Assembly: GCA_012295275.1 (NCBI GenBank) | Contig: CM022678.1 | Location: 15,252,001-15,316,000 of the forward strand | Source: Chrysomallon squamiferum | Taxonomy: Eukaryota; Animalia; Mollusca | Direction: 5' to 3' | Length of the DNA: 64,000 nt | Shown here: positions 1 through 14,600 of the stretch, one piece after another | Layout: the number at the start of each line of letters is the position of its first letter | How positions within the stretch are numbered: the stretch's first letter is position 1 | Notes under the pieces: model-generated | Seen by the model: only the letters and a program-made list of their open reading frames with translations | Told to the model about the DNA's origin: nothing | Databases searched by the model: none | Translations under genes and position numbers: made by a program

Positions 1-126
1 CATCTGTTATCTGTTATCTAGTACACTGATGAGTTGACATTTTCTTTACAATAACAATGTTAATTAAATACCGACGTCTAACATACTGATATACCTTTTT
101 GAATGACAGAATTGTTAACAAAATAC

Positions 127-1753
127 CTGTCATCTAAAACATTGATAAGTTCTCCAGCCTTGAATGTCAACTCATTATCTTCTGCTGCTTCAAAATCATA
201 AAGTGCTCGAACCTTCCTGGACTCTCTCTGAGCTGACGTTGAAGCATAGACTCCAGACACTGAATTTACACTAGATGGGTACAGACTGGTAGATGTCTTA
301 GTTGTCTTCTTTTCAGCTTCTTGCAGAGATAATGCAATAGCTGAAACAGAACACAACAACAAACCAGTACAATATACTTCTTCTGGTGTATGAAAAGAAG
401 AAAGAAAATAGTAGCTTCTTTATTACCTTCATACAAAATAGCTGCACATCTCTGTTATCATGGGTTTTTTTAAAATTATTATTGTCAGGGTTCTATTTCT
501 GCATTAGATATAAATATTAAACATCTATTACCATATATACCATATAACTACAACTATTGCTGTTGTACATTGTTATTAATTAAAATTAGACAGCTATCAA
601 AACAACTTGAAAGAAAGCAGCATATGGACTGCTTCTTCTTAATTCTAATGTATTGGGTTGCAATAAAAAACATTTTTAAACTGATTGTGTTTGAAAGCAT
701 GTAGTTTTGTTCCTCACTTGACACATAAAATATGTGATATATATATAGATAGATAGATTCTGAAAGGTGAGCATATATGAAGTTGAATGAATCTATATAC
801 ATATAAAGGAAATAATCTTTGAATTTCAAAAAAATGCCATGAAATCTCTGTTCAAATGCTATATGTTATTATTAAGAACAGAGCAGGTTCTGTTTCAACA
901 GTGTTGATTAAAGAAATGAATCAGTTGTAAGGGATATTAACTGTGATCAAACTCACCCTGTGCAATATCATCTTCTTCTTTTGCCACATCAACACTTGTT
1001 GAGGTTTTCTTTGGCTGAGTTAAAAACAAAACCATTACTTACACAATCAGTAACCAAGCTTAACCACAACAAATGAAATTTTTCAATGAAAATAATTGTT
1101 TTCCCTTTGTTTTCATATGTCCAGCTTTTAGTTATAAGTAGGAAATTCTCCACTGAGAATAAATTTCAATCAAACACTTTTTACACCATCCTATAATATT
1201 ATTATCAATAAATGTAATTAAATAAAACAATTAAAAAATTCCTTTTTTGTTTTGGTCAATTTTTGACAAAATTAAACTAAACAAATATATATAATTTTAT
1301 AAATTTGTAATGAAAATGAAAATGTGAAAATTAAAAACAAAAATATTATTTCACAATCAGATAAGTTAAGTTAGTAACTACAACTTTCAGGGTTATATAA
1401 AAAATAATTAGGTAATTTGAATTAGATTACATTTTATATTTTTATTTACTTTATTTATATTAATCTTTAGTGTTATATGAAAATGAAAGGAAGGTTTAAT
1501 AAAAATTAATTGGATTTAGCATGACTAATATTCTACTATAATAGAATACTAACTGTATCAATGCTGTTCTACCTAAATACATATATACTAGACCTTACAA
1601 AAATTTTTTAAAAATCAAAACATAATAATTAATACTGAAAAATTTAACTCACCCCTGCATCAGGATCTGAAAAATCAGTACCTTCTTTCTTCAGTGTTTC
1701 ATAAAAAGATGGAATAAGACTGGGGGAAAAAAAGCAAATTAAATAAAAAGCAA

Positions 1754-1803
<50 letters not shown>

Positions 1804-4800
1804 TAATAATAAACTGTGATAACAAAAATAATCTACATTGGTAAACTAATTTTATAATCTATATGGCTTTTAGTATTTTATGAAAATAAAAATACATAAG
1901 TCAATGATGCACACACATTATACATATACAAAAATAAAAATAAAAATCAAACCAGAAACAGTTATTGGATTGCTGTTTACCAGAAGTGTATAATTACCAG
2001 GAAAAATTATAAACCGCTTATTTTACTGAATTTCTTATTAAATAATTTCAGAGCATACTTAAATTGTACCTATAATAATACAAACAAATAATCAAAATAT
2101 GTTCCCGAAATGTCCAAGTTACGTTTTAAGATTTTAATACTTTTATCTCTTTTTCCCATCCTGTCTAACTAATAATTTTATATATAGTTATAATAGAAAG
2201 AGAACATTCATAATAAACAGAACTGTTTGACTTCACTACAGTGTTATCAGAATAAAATATAGCTATCATTATGCCATGAATGCAACTATCTTATGTAAAT
2301 GGGGCCATGTTTTTAACAGAATTTTTTTTATTATTATCATTATAAGCAATGAAAACACTTGGAATATAAAAAAATATATATTACACTATTTTTTCAGGTA
2401 AATTTGAAAGATTTAAAAATGTAAGCCATACTTAAGTGCTGGGTCATCTTTAAATTCAGCCATCTCTGCCCATTTCTTGATTAGAAACTTCAATTTCTGG
2501 GCAACCTTTGGGTGTGCCTGTATAAACAAATTGTAATATTTTATTATGTGTGTAAAAAAAAGAGAGTAAAATTAAAACATTGAAGTTCTGTTAAAAATAG
2601 TAAATAATCATTGTAATGCCTGCATAAGATTATGTACACAAAAAATAAGTAGCTTTCCACATTTCTGTATTTCCATATATTAAGGATCAATAATAAATTT
2701 TAACTAAATATCTGGGAGAAGTAAAGTTATATTTCTACAATACATTTTAAATTATCAAATGTTATTCAGTTTCTAGAGATTCTTTTATAACTTATAATAT
2801 CCAGTTCCAAAATAACAGAAAAAAACAAAACAAATTAACAACATTTGATAATAAAAGAGGAAAATTTTGAATAAGCACATCCAAGATTAATAGTTAAAAT
2901 TTACTTTTTGTTAATCCAGGGTAACAAACAGATTAAAGCCTCACTGGATTTGACTGTTATTATTTACAAAAGAATGAGTACAAATACTAACTTTTGAAGA
3001 TAATAATGTTTTACTCTCGGACACAAAGTCTCGTGAAGAAATCTCTAGATGGAAAGGCCGACCACAGTTATTAATGCAAGCGTCCAGCACCTGAAATACA
3101 ATTGCAAAAATATATTTATTTAGTGATCTAATTACTTCCTGATCTAGTTAAATGATTTTCTAAACATACTTTGCTAGTATGAGGGATTAGGTAACAAACA
3201 GTAAACTGCATACATTTCTCTCACACATTCATAATTCCTGCTGATTTTAATTACAATCATTGGTCAGAAATCAACTTTAACATATTTTCCTGTGAAAATC
3301 AATCAGAAGCTTAAATTGAAAAATTAGCTGTTGTTATATTTTTAATTTATAAATTATTATATATATATTTTTTATAATTTAACAGCTTATATTTTTTACA
3401 TTAAATTTGCTTATTTCTCAAGTAATGAAACTAAAAATAGATTTTAATACATTAAAAGAAAAGAATGATAAAACACTTACAGTGAGAGCCTGCATGGCGA
3501 CAAAAGGAACACGATGATTCAGTCTTTTTACTATAGATTTGAGGCAGTCTCGAGCTCTGTAATAAAAATAAAACTGACTGGTTCATTAATATTACAAATT
3601 TATCCAAAGCTAATGAATATTTAACTGTAATCACTAAAAAAAAACAAATATGATTTTTGTTAATTAAATATAAGTTACAGAAGAATGAAAATAATTAATA
3701 AAACACATTATATACACATATAAATAAGCTGAATTGTTGCTTCAAAGTATGGTCTCTCCACAGTGAATGTCATGTTAATTTTGTTTTTTTGCTTTTAGTA
3801 AAATGAGAAAGAGAATAATAAAAAAAATAATATGCGTAATATTTATTTTATTACAATAAAATATTTTGTTTTATATTTTACCCATTTGGTGTTCTTCCAA
3901 CTTTCTCACAAATATCCAAAATAAGGCTCCAGTCTTCTGATGTATTAACTTCACTAGTTGCTTTTTCTGCAAGACAAAAACAAATATTGGTAAACTCAAA
4001 GTTTATTACATTTTTAAAATATTTTCTAATATATTAAGAAACTGAAACAAAAACTAAACTTAGCATCAAGCATATTTTTATTTAAAATTAACAAACAAAA
4101 TTAAATAATTAAATAAATAAATAATAATAATAAATAAATAAAATACCCCCCAAAAATAAACAAAGACAGGTATATATATATATATATATAGACAAATCTG
4201 AATGTTCATGGGTTTTAACTGAGAATAATACTTTAAAAAAATCATTAAAAAAATCTAAATGTTTTATTCTAAGTACTTTCTCTTAAATATATTGAAAAGC
4301 TAGTTCATTCCAAGACATCTTTAGTTTTTTGTGTTTGCACATACCTATATCTGTGTATATATGTGTCTAAGAGAGATATCATTCATTTTAAAATTATTAT
4401 ATATATATATACTACCCTACAGGATTCATAATTATTATTATTATTATTATTATTAATTTATAGAAAACTGGAAATATGCATTAATCTTTCTCTGAATTTT
4501 CTCTTACATCTTTTACATTAACTGCAAGGATATTTTTCTTTAGCATGCTTGAATTATCATTTTACAACTGTAATGTGTAACATGGTTTGACAAAATTATT
4601 TTAGCTGAACAAAATATCATATCCTTGCAAGTACAACATTACATGCCAGTAATGTGTTATGACACACCTTTAACTTCTACCCAGGTCCCAGCTGTTTCAT
4701 TCCAATTATAAAATATACAGTATTATATTCATTTGACAAATAAATATGTTGTAACAGTTACAAACTATTTCAGTATAAGAGACAGTTTAACAAACTAATT

Positions 4801-5238
4801 CAGTAAATTAGTAATTTTAACAGAAAACTGTACATCAATAATCCCAAGCTAACAACTGAAAATGGTTTTGATTTTTGTTTTTGAAATAAACATTCACGAG
4901 TTTATGAGTCATAGAACAAGACTTATGAAAACAAAACAAAATGTTTATTTTTGTAGTACTTTTTTACATTCACCACATCACTGAAAAGAAAACAGAAGAG
5001 AAAATTATAAATTACAATATCCAGTAATAACTGTAATTGTGACAGAGTTGATTAGTGATCTTCATCATCACGGTTCTGTAAATTATGCATGTTTAGATTT
5101 TATAAGGAACAAAAATAAATTGAATTATAATTTTTTCTGTAACAGTGAAATGTAAGCATTCGTTTGAAAGTATCATAGGGCATATTTATACTAACCAACA
5201 TCTTGATCAAATGGTGAAGTCTGGGAAAAAAACGGCAT
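127..5238 (-). CDS. STAM: Signal transducing adapter molecule (ESCRT-0 subunit), 5' portion; gene continues beyond the left edge
   Basis: GT-AG exons with compatible phases: 5196-5238 ([14 protein letters not shown]), 3882-3966 ([23 protein letters not shown]), 3481-3556, 2992-3090 ([22 protein letters not shown]), 2432-2517, 1653-1719, 957-1014, 127-340. VHS domain, then UIM ([15 protein letters not shown]), then SH3 ([23 protein letters not shown]), as in STAM1/2. Confidence 0.96.
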
Positions 5239-5301
5239 CTTGAATATTGTTATTATCCAGATAAACACATCACTTGCTTTCTCCCAAATTTGTACTGAGT
5301 A

Positions 5302-5349
5302 TGCGCATGCTCAATATATGATGTCATTTCCAACAGTGTTTACTTCCGG
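5302..5349. promoter_or_regulatory. STAM proximal promoter motifs (NRF1-like, CRE-like, ETS)
   Basis: TGCGCATGCTCA (5302-5313), TGATGTCA (5319-5326) and ACTTCCGG (5342-5349) cluster 60-110 bp upstream of the STAM ATG; this is a typical housekeeping-promoter motif set. Confidence 0.55.
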
Positions 5350-8298
5350 TACTTAACTGACTTAGGTTACATACAACAATTAATTTTGCTTTCATCTAAA
5401 CAAATATTTGCATACTTAACCGCTAAACAGTATTCACATTTAGCTGTCCAAAATGTTTCTTTCGCATTATAAAATAATGCTCGTACTGACCAGTGGGTTA
5501 CAATGTTTACAAAATATTATTCTATTTCATTATTTCTCCGCTTTTTATTTATTTTTATTTCATTCATCATCATCATCATCATCATCATCATTATTATTAT
5601 TATTATGCCTAATTGTCTGTGGTATTATATTCTATTTTAATAGATTTATACAGTTTTTGTTTTATGGTTGAGTTTGAGGGATTCTTCAGGAGCTGTTGTT
5701 TCGAAATATTCATATGCTCCTATTGAATACAATTTACAAAGCAACTTTTCAGGAATAAAACGTCAGCTTCTGCATGCTAAAATGTTTAACATGGGTGATT
5801 CACAGATTTGGTTCCCGCTGTATAATATCATAGTAGACGAAGAGAAGGAAAGCATTTTTATATTTGGTTAATAGTGGTTTCACGTATGTTCTACAGATGA
5901 GCTGAGATCGGTAATTAAGTTAGGTTTACTGAATTCGTTTTAATATATCTACTAAAATGAATAATTATATATTAAATATGAGTAGTTTCTCAGTAAACGC
6001 TGCTTATTCATATGTATTATTTCTGTTCAGGTGGCGACACTGGTTGCATGAAGTAAGTGTTACTGACATAACTACTTACAATATTGCATATTTTGTATAT
6101 TTATTGTAATTGTTAATTTACATGTGCAGATATTTTTATTTTTATTAATTTCTTTAAATATAAATGTCTCAGTGATATTAGGTTTATGTCTTCAATATAA
6201 CCAAAATATGCATAATTATGTTCAGGATGTTGTGTGTGTGTGTGTGTATATATATATAAGGCTTACAGTTCAATTATTATTAATGTCTTATATATGTATA
6301 AAGGATTTTTAAAGGACAGTCTTAAACAATGTAATTAATTCAGTTAACATACGCGACAGAAATGATTATAGGCAGATGTATCGTATTAGTATTAGAATGC
6401 CAGCTTGTTGTTTTTTTTGTGTTGTTTTTTTTGTTGTGTTTTTTGTTGTGATTTTTACTTTTATTTTATTTTATTTAGTTTTTCTTTTGGTTTGATTTGT
6501 TCTGATTTTACAACTGCAGAATCTTGATTACGCTTCGTATTAACTGAATACGGTTTTCTGAATCTGGTTTGTACTCCTTGGAAACGCGCAGAGCTACAAT
6601 GTTGTAGCAGGGATTATCTAATAATAAACTCTTTGATTTGAAATCCCATATTTGTTGTTTAATTCTTTGGAACAGTGATACTGTAGTAACTTATGAGTTA
6701 TATACGAATATATATATTATATAAAATTTTATCTGTTACAATGAACTCATAACAATTAATTGTATAATTAATTAAATTTTTAGTATATATGTTTATTATA
6801 ATTATCTTGTTTTATTATACATCTGGATAGCTGATATAGTTTACAAAGTATTTTTCTACTGCCGCATCCTCATCTTTTCAAGATTTTTATCACTCTGTTT
6901 ATGAAATAACTTAATAAAAATAATAATAATAAAAAGTCTTACTCTCAGAATTTTCATGAAATTATATATTTATTTTTAATTTCGAGAGAGACAGTACGAA
7001 TGAAAGAAATAAAGAAAAGTTTCCATACATTTCGATCATTAGGTATGTTTACTTTATTTATTTATTTTTTTTTTTTCTTGTTTTCTTGTTTTATAATTCT
7101 CTCAATATAGAACATACTAAACGGAATAGATAATTATAATAAACTAGAATCATAGGCTTGAGAAAAATCTAAATTTAAACGCAAAGAAAAAAAATTATTT
7201 AAAAAAAATTAAATAAATAAAAATATGTTATTTATCATCAGTGAAATGTAGAAATGGATGTTGAGGATGCAGTTAATAATATTTTACTTACACACATCAC
7301 AACTTATATTTAAGCATACTAGTTTGTCTAACAAAAATAAAAATAAAATAACTAATAGCTACAAAAGACAGTAATATATAGTAATCTATTCCGAACGTTC
7401 TTGTGCTGATTCTATATCTCTGACTGGCATTAACATTAGAACAAAGTTACTATATGCATTGAACTGTTAATTTTCTGCCATCTGATTAATTACTTGCAAA
7501 ATGAATAAAATAACTGTAGTCATGATTAAATTAAATGATGACGTCTTCTTTTTCTTCTTTACATTTTATTTTTTACTTTATGTTTATTTATTTCATTTTG
7601 ATATTGATTATATAAATAGAAATAACAATAAAGTAAAATAATAGTTTTAACTAGATAGATAGATAGATAGTTAGATAGATTTAGAAATAAAATGTACAAG
7701 CCATGAATTAAATTGTTAACTGATACACTTCCTACTGCATTTCGTTCTGTAAGCCCTATAGGTAGCACGAAGAGCTATAATCGAAATTGATTTTTTTTTT
7801 TTTTTTTTTTTTTTTTTGTTTGTTTGTTGCTATAGCGTTCAGTTAAACACATAACATGTTTATAAGGATTTTAAAAAAAAGAAAAAGAAAAGAAACAAAA
7901 AAACATTACCTTTCGTCGATTTCCGTTGAATGGTACTTTTATTTGACGTTTGACCATTGACCGATCACACCAACCTGCATTATTATTTTCGGCCAGAGCG
8001 TGTGATTTGTTAACTCTATTTTTAACTATTCACGTCTGCTTGCTCTTTCATAAACTAAATGTTCTAGGATCCTTTCCAAAAAAAAAAAAAAAAACACAAA
8101 AACAAACAAACAACAACAACCCCCCCAAAAAAACCCAGAAGAAGCCTTCGTAAGTTCAGTATTATTTATTTCTTTTTTATTTTTTTATTTTTTTGCAGCC
8201 TTTTTAGTAAAATGTATATATAAAATTAATAAAACTAAAAGAAATGTAATTTAATTAATACTATCAGTTAATATTAATGTATTTTTTCCTTCTAATAA

Positions 8299-8329
<31 letters not shown>

Positions 8330-9562
8330 AATAAATGGTTCACACATAAATAATTGTTTGTTAGTTGCATGATCTATAAGGAATTATATTAATATTATCG
8401 TTACAAGTATAAATATATATGTGATGTAAGTGCTTACGAATGTTTTCTTTGTATGAACTCAGTGGTTTTTAAAAGTGTTTTTTGATTTTATAATTGTATC
8501 TTGTTCTCAGTTAAGAACTATTAAAGACTTGACCGTTGGTATTTATAACTCCATGACATATAACTAATAACAGATTGTGGAGGTGCACTAGGCCAAAAAT
8601 CGCTGTTTATGAAATTTGTGTTAAGTGATAATTTTTACATAACAAGTGTGCAAATTCACATAAGTGTTATTTAGATTTGCTCTCAGTGGCCTTCAAAAAC
8701 ATAAAAATAAAATCCACATTTTTTTTTTTTTTTAGCAATTTTTTTTACTTGCCTGTCGTGTGCATGCAGTTGCATATAACAAAAAGAAATGATTAAACTG
8801 GTTGTTTGTGAAGACTATTTGCATTCCATAAGAAAATAAAGTATGTTAAATAAATGTTCACTGATAAATATGTTCTTTATATAACGACAAATAATGTGCG
8901 GTGATATTGCAAGAGAAACTGAGTTGCAGAGTATTTATTTGAGTAAACGATTCACCTACATTGCTAAGTCATTGAATGTGATTGCACTGATTAAGTATCA
9001 TGATTACTTTGTACATTATTTATCTTTTTCTCATGTAATAAGTATAACATATAACAAAAAAATCTCCCAAAACCCAACAACAACAAACACTCAGAAACCC
9101 CAACCTGCAGTTAAATATTTCAGCTAATAATGCTGTTCCCATTCATCACCATTTTCTCTCGGTTACACTTTCCTGCACTATTTGCAAATTATAGGTTTTT
9201 CTTTTAGACTTAAAATTGGTAACTGTAATTTGACTATACTGCCAAATAATTAATTTCAACTTCTAAATATAAATTTATTTATTTTTTGTATTTATTTAGG
9301 TTTTTCTTAAGTATCAGTAACACAAATAACTTCAAAGGAGTGTTCTTTGTGTACAATTATACCCGTGCATGGGGGTAAAAACAACCAAGTAAAAACAACA
9401 AATTATATTCAGAAAATATAGGATGTTGTAAGCAAGTCATTGTGGTTGATTTGTAAACTATTTTGTATTTTTCAGGTTAGTTTTTCTTTTGTATTTTGCT
9501 AACCTGATTGCTCTTTTTAGTGAAATTAAATAATATATTTGATTTTACTGTCATTTTTATAT

Positions 9563-9593
<31 letters not shown>

Positions 9594-9905
9594 ATAACTG
9601 GAAACCAAAACCAGTTTAAAATTCATTTTAGTTTGTTAAATTGAGAACAAAAGAATAGTATAAACTAGTATTTAAATTGTTATTTTTATTTTTTTAATGT
9701 TTTTTTGATTGTTATGGAATGTTAAAAAAACACCCAAAAAACAAAAGAAATCCAAAAGAAAGGAATGCTTTATTTTAATTTTAAAAAGTAAAATATGTAG
9801 TAAAATATTCATGTACATGGAAATGTTTATTTGACCAACAAGATCTGTTTACAACAGTGACACTTCAAAAAACATTCACAACTTTAAAGAAATCAGTGCT
9901 GATGC

Positions 9906-9953
<48 letters not shown>

Positions 9954-11627
9954 TATAATTATAATTATAATTATAAAAAACACAAAAACAAACTGCCATT
10001 GTTTATACATGATTTAGATAATTCCAGATAGAAATATAATATTAATTATAAGCAAATGTAAAATAATATCATTAGTTGTTAAGTAATTATAGTTTTCACA
10101 TTTTGTTATCCATTCAGTGATTCACATATATGTATATATATATATATGTGTGTGTGTGTTTAAATAATACTGATTTTTTCAGTGTTATAAAATAATAAAC
10201 AAATATAATCTGTGTTATGAAATAATAAATAAATACTTATATAAAAATTAAACAATGTTCAGAAACCATTATCTATAACATGTTTTTGTATGTCACTAAG
10301 TGGCACGTTTTTCACATGTTCTGTCTTGCAAATTTGGCATTTAACCAATAGGTATATTTTATAAACACTCTCAGCATACAATTTTCTATGTAGTCTAAGA
10401 ACTGCAAATATAACGCTAAACTAAAAGTAAAGAAAAACTGTAAGGTAAAATTTAAAAAAGAAAGGCCACCCAAAACAACATCTTTCAAAAACATGGCATT
10501 GATAATAATTTTTTCTTTCTCTCTGGCGGCAAAATCATATAGCCCAAATTACCATAGGATGCAATAAATGAAAATTAAACATATTAGTATCTTTAAGCAG
10601 AACTAGATATCACTACAGATCAAACCAGTGAAGTGAACTGAAATGTGTATTCAGTTATCATCAGTCTAGTGAAAACCTGGTAATTTGTTATTTTATTATA
10701 TTAAAATGACAGCACAACAAAAAAAAAACTAAAACCACTAATGAACATAAAAAGGATTAAAAACTTGTGGAACAATATTTTTTTAAAAGTTAAAAAAAAG
10801 AAATAAATAAATACATTTTGTATTTAAAGAGTGGTTATCAAAAAAATTCACTGGGTTAGAAAGAATATGAAATAAAGTAATAAAATTTTGTAAATACTAT
10901 ATGATGTTATTATGGAGGATTCAGCAGGCATTTATTTTTCAATCAACCTTTGTACATACAAAACCTTTATAAAATTTTATTTTTCTGAAACGTGTTAAAA
11001 CAAATAATATAGAGATATACAAATAATTAAAGTTCCTTTTTTTTTTGTTTGTTTTTTTTTGTTATTTTTACTGAATACAAAAAAAACTAAACAAAAAACA
11101 TGACATTACTGATGTATAATCTGAAATGTCTGATGGTTAAGAAGATAATGTAAGTCAAAGTACTTACTAGAACTTAATGATATATAATCAATATTATTAC
11201 ATAAAAAAAATATGCTCATGCTTACCAAATTTTATACCCAAAGATCCAAAGAAACTGAAGTTTATGAACACATTATCAATAATAAATACCTTCTAAGATA
11301 CACTGATTAATAATTCAAAATGTGGGAAAAAAAACACCAACAAAAAAAACAACAATAAATTTAGTTTTAAACGTTTTCTACTGTAAATTTGCTCACAAAA
11401 CTATTGAAAATGAAGAAATTATGAACCTAGGATTAGAATAAAACGTTCAATTTATACATTATGATTTACATCATGATTCCGTGTACAAAACTAATGTACC
11501 TACTATTCTGCAGAATGTACAACAAGAAAGTCACAATGCTATGTGCCAGAAAACTGCATACTGTAACTTATAATTCCATATTTCAGTAACAACATTCAAA
11601 ACCTCAGAATGTAAAGATTTATGACTG

Positions 11628-14600
11628 TTAAACCATATTGAGTTGTCTCAGCATTCGTGGTGGTAAATTTGTTGGACCTTGATAGTCATTTCTATAACCA
11701 AATGATTGACCTCTTCCTCTACCTCTTCCTCGACCTCTTCCTCGACCCCTTCCGTGACCTCTTTTATACTGATGTCCACCATGATGTTGCTGATACCTCT
11801 CAAGAGGATCAGACACAACATCTTCATGTAAGTCATCATTATCAATGACATCAATGTCAGGAGATGGTTCATGTTGCTCAGGGGCTGGTGAATCTTTACT
11901 TTTCTCATTCAAAGATTCCTGCAAGAATAGTAACTTTTCTTTTAAATAGGCAAAAATCAATGAAATATATACACACAATTTGTTGCAGTCATTGAGTTTA
12001 AAGAAGGGGTGGGCAAACTTTTTAAAACAGGGGCCTGATGGATCTTATAGGAAGAGTATGAGGGCCAGAATATGAAATGAGAACAAAAAAGATTTCAAAA
12101 CAGTCATCATATATTTATAATACAAAACAGAAAAATTATGTGAAGAGAGAATACTAATAATAATACTTCCACCATGAAATCATCAAATCAAATATTACTA
12201 GATGTCAAGTTCATACAAAACAGATTTCTTTTTCATCTTTCTTTAAATAAAATCTGGCATCCATAAATACTGTTGTACCATCTATTTTAAAATATATATT
12301 TACCATGCACAATGGATTTGAAAAGTGAATGCAATTTTAACCATTTCTACATTTAAATATTCTGATATATATTCAACATATTACTGTAACATAACTTGTT
12401 TCTCTTTGACATGTACAAGTCAAATTTTGTTATCAACTGTCGTTAATTTTCATGTTATTTCTTTATAATATTTATTTTTCTAACATTTAATTTTGTTTTC
12501 TTTGAACTTCTGTGAAGATTTATTAAAATAATCTCAAAATGTAAATCTTACCTTGTATTCTCTGAACTTGCGTACAATTACAACTCGTCCAAACACGTAA
12601 TCCTGGTACAAAACAAACAGAGCACGTCTGAGTTCTTCAATTTTCTCCCAGCTGCGTTTCTCCATGATGTTTTGTAGAACTGTATTTACATTATCCATTT
12701 CAGATAGCAAGCGATCAATATCAAGAGATATATCTGCATACCATTTAGCTTTCATCTCTTCATTCCTCAGCTTATGAAACCCTATGAAAAAACTCAGTTC
12801 ATGGAGAAGTTTTCTCATGTTATGGACATAATAGAGTTGTTTGAAGCTGTCAAATTTCATATTCTTCTCAATATGTTCATTTGACTGAATGTGTTTTAGA
12901 TGTGTTTCCACAGATCCCTCTGTATTTGTTACGTCTTCCAAAGAGGAATTCTGAGGGTCTATTTCAGATTTTAAAGGAACCCCACATACCCCACAAAAGG
13001 TGTCTTGTATTGAATATGGTGCAAACATGTCAATCATCTCTTGATTTAGAGCTCGTTTTCCAAGTTTTTCAATACGATACTTCAAAGTGATATGTCTGAA
13101 GAAACGCTGAATGATTTTGGCTGCTTTGTTTTGTTTTTCCTGTATTTCCAGCTGTTGATGTTCTCTTTGAAATCTTTCACGCTCTTCAGTAGTCACTTCC
13201 TCTTCTTCTGACAAATGCCCTTCTTCTTCAAGTAGAGAACAACTACCAATAACATCATCAACTTTTTCAGTTGGATTGAAAATGAAAAATTTTTTAGGTA
13301 GCCTTGACAAATCTGTCACTGGACATGTTTCCACTCCTTGTTGTTTAGCATTATTCCAGTTCCAGACACAATCTAAAAGATGATCATTTTCTCGCTGAAG
13401 GAGAATTTTTTTCAGTATAGTAGCAATGTCAGAAAAACCTTTTGCTATACTAATAGCACTGAGAGTTCTGTGCAAACGTTCTGGTGCATGATCAGGCAGC
13501 TGTATTCTCAATATGGACTTCATGATATGATCTTCAAATATGTCTGGTAGGAGGGCACCAACATTGACTAAGAATACTAGAGTCAATATCAAACATCGTT
13601 CAGCAGCACAAAAATCATCTTTGCAACATGTAAATAAAAGTCTTAACAAACTCATATGTGATCGGTAACCACAGACCAGACCAATTATTATCTGAATGCG
13701 ATCCCATAATAGATTAACCATGTCTTTCTTAGGTCTGTACTGATGTACAATGCTTTGCAAGGTTTGATGTTTTTCAAATGTTAAATCAATGTAAGCAATT
13801 GCAGCAAGGTATGTTTCGGGTAGAATGAAATGAGTGCCAGGTACTGAAATCTTAGCTAGAAGAAAAAAAGAAAGAGTCACAAATACTTCCATCCAGAAAA
13901 GCATCATGGCTTTTGTTGGAAGCAGGGTAGGACGATCTCTCATAGAAAGAATCCTGATAAATTTTGTGAATTTGATGATGGACTCCATTGGGTCTGCCCG
14001 TTTTAACCAGTAAATGGCTTCAATAAACCTGTTGGCAAGACACTCAACAAGCAGTGTACCCTTGTTGTAATCAACAAACAGAGCATATGGAATTCCACCA
14101 GAATGAGAACGTTTTGCAAGCCATTTAGGAGCATCTGCCATGAGATTGTTTCTCAAGCTTTTGGCAGTACTGAGTAGCATCCAAATTCAGTTTCATCAGG
14201 GATGAGAAAAAGACAATCTCCAAAACCCAGCATGTGCTGCGACATCTTTCTTTCCACATATCCTTTTTTGCTTTTTTTGTTGGCTCTGTCCATAGATTTT
14301 CTAGGTATTTACAAACTTGTTTTGACATGTTGCTGTTGTGCCATTGTCTATGAATTTCTCGAACAACTGCTGAAAGAAATTTAGGATGTTGATGCTCAGG
14401 CATAAGGAACTCTAGAAGCCTTTTACAGGAATCAAATTTAGTTTCCTCCTCTACAAGGCAGTCCACTTCTTCACAGAGATCATTAATACCTAGTTTTCTA
14501 ATCATATCAACACCAGACTGAACTATGAAACTCAAACTTACATCCTGTGCAAAAATGTTCAAAGCTTTTAAAGCAGAAGACTGGTTATACACTTCATGCA

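Noticed and set aside
5453-10494. Short intergenic ORFs between STAM and the TRANK1-like 3' end
   Set aside because: Low-complexity AT-rich translations without domains or consistent splice structure.
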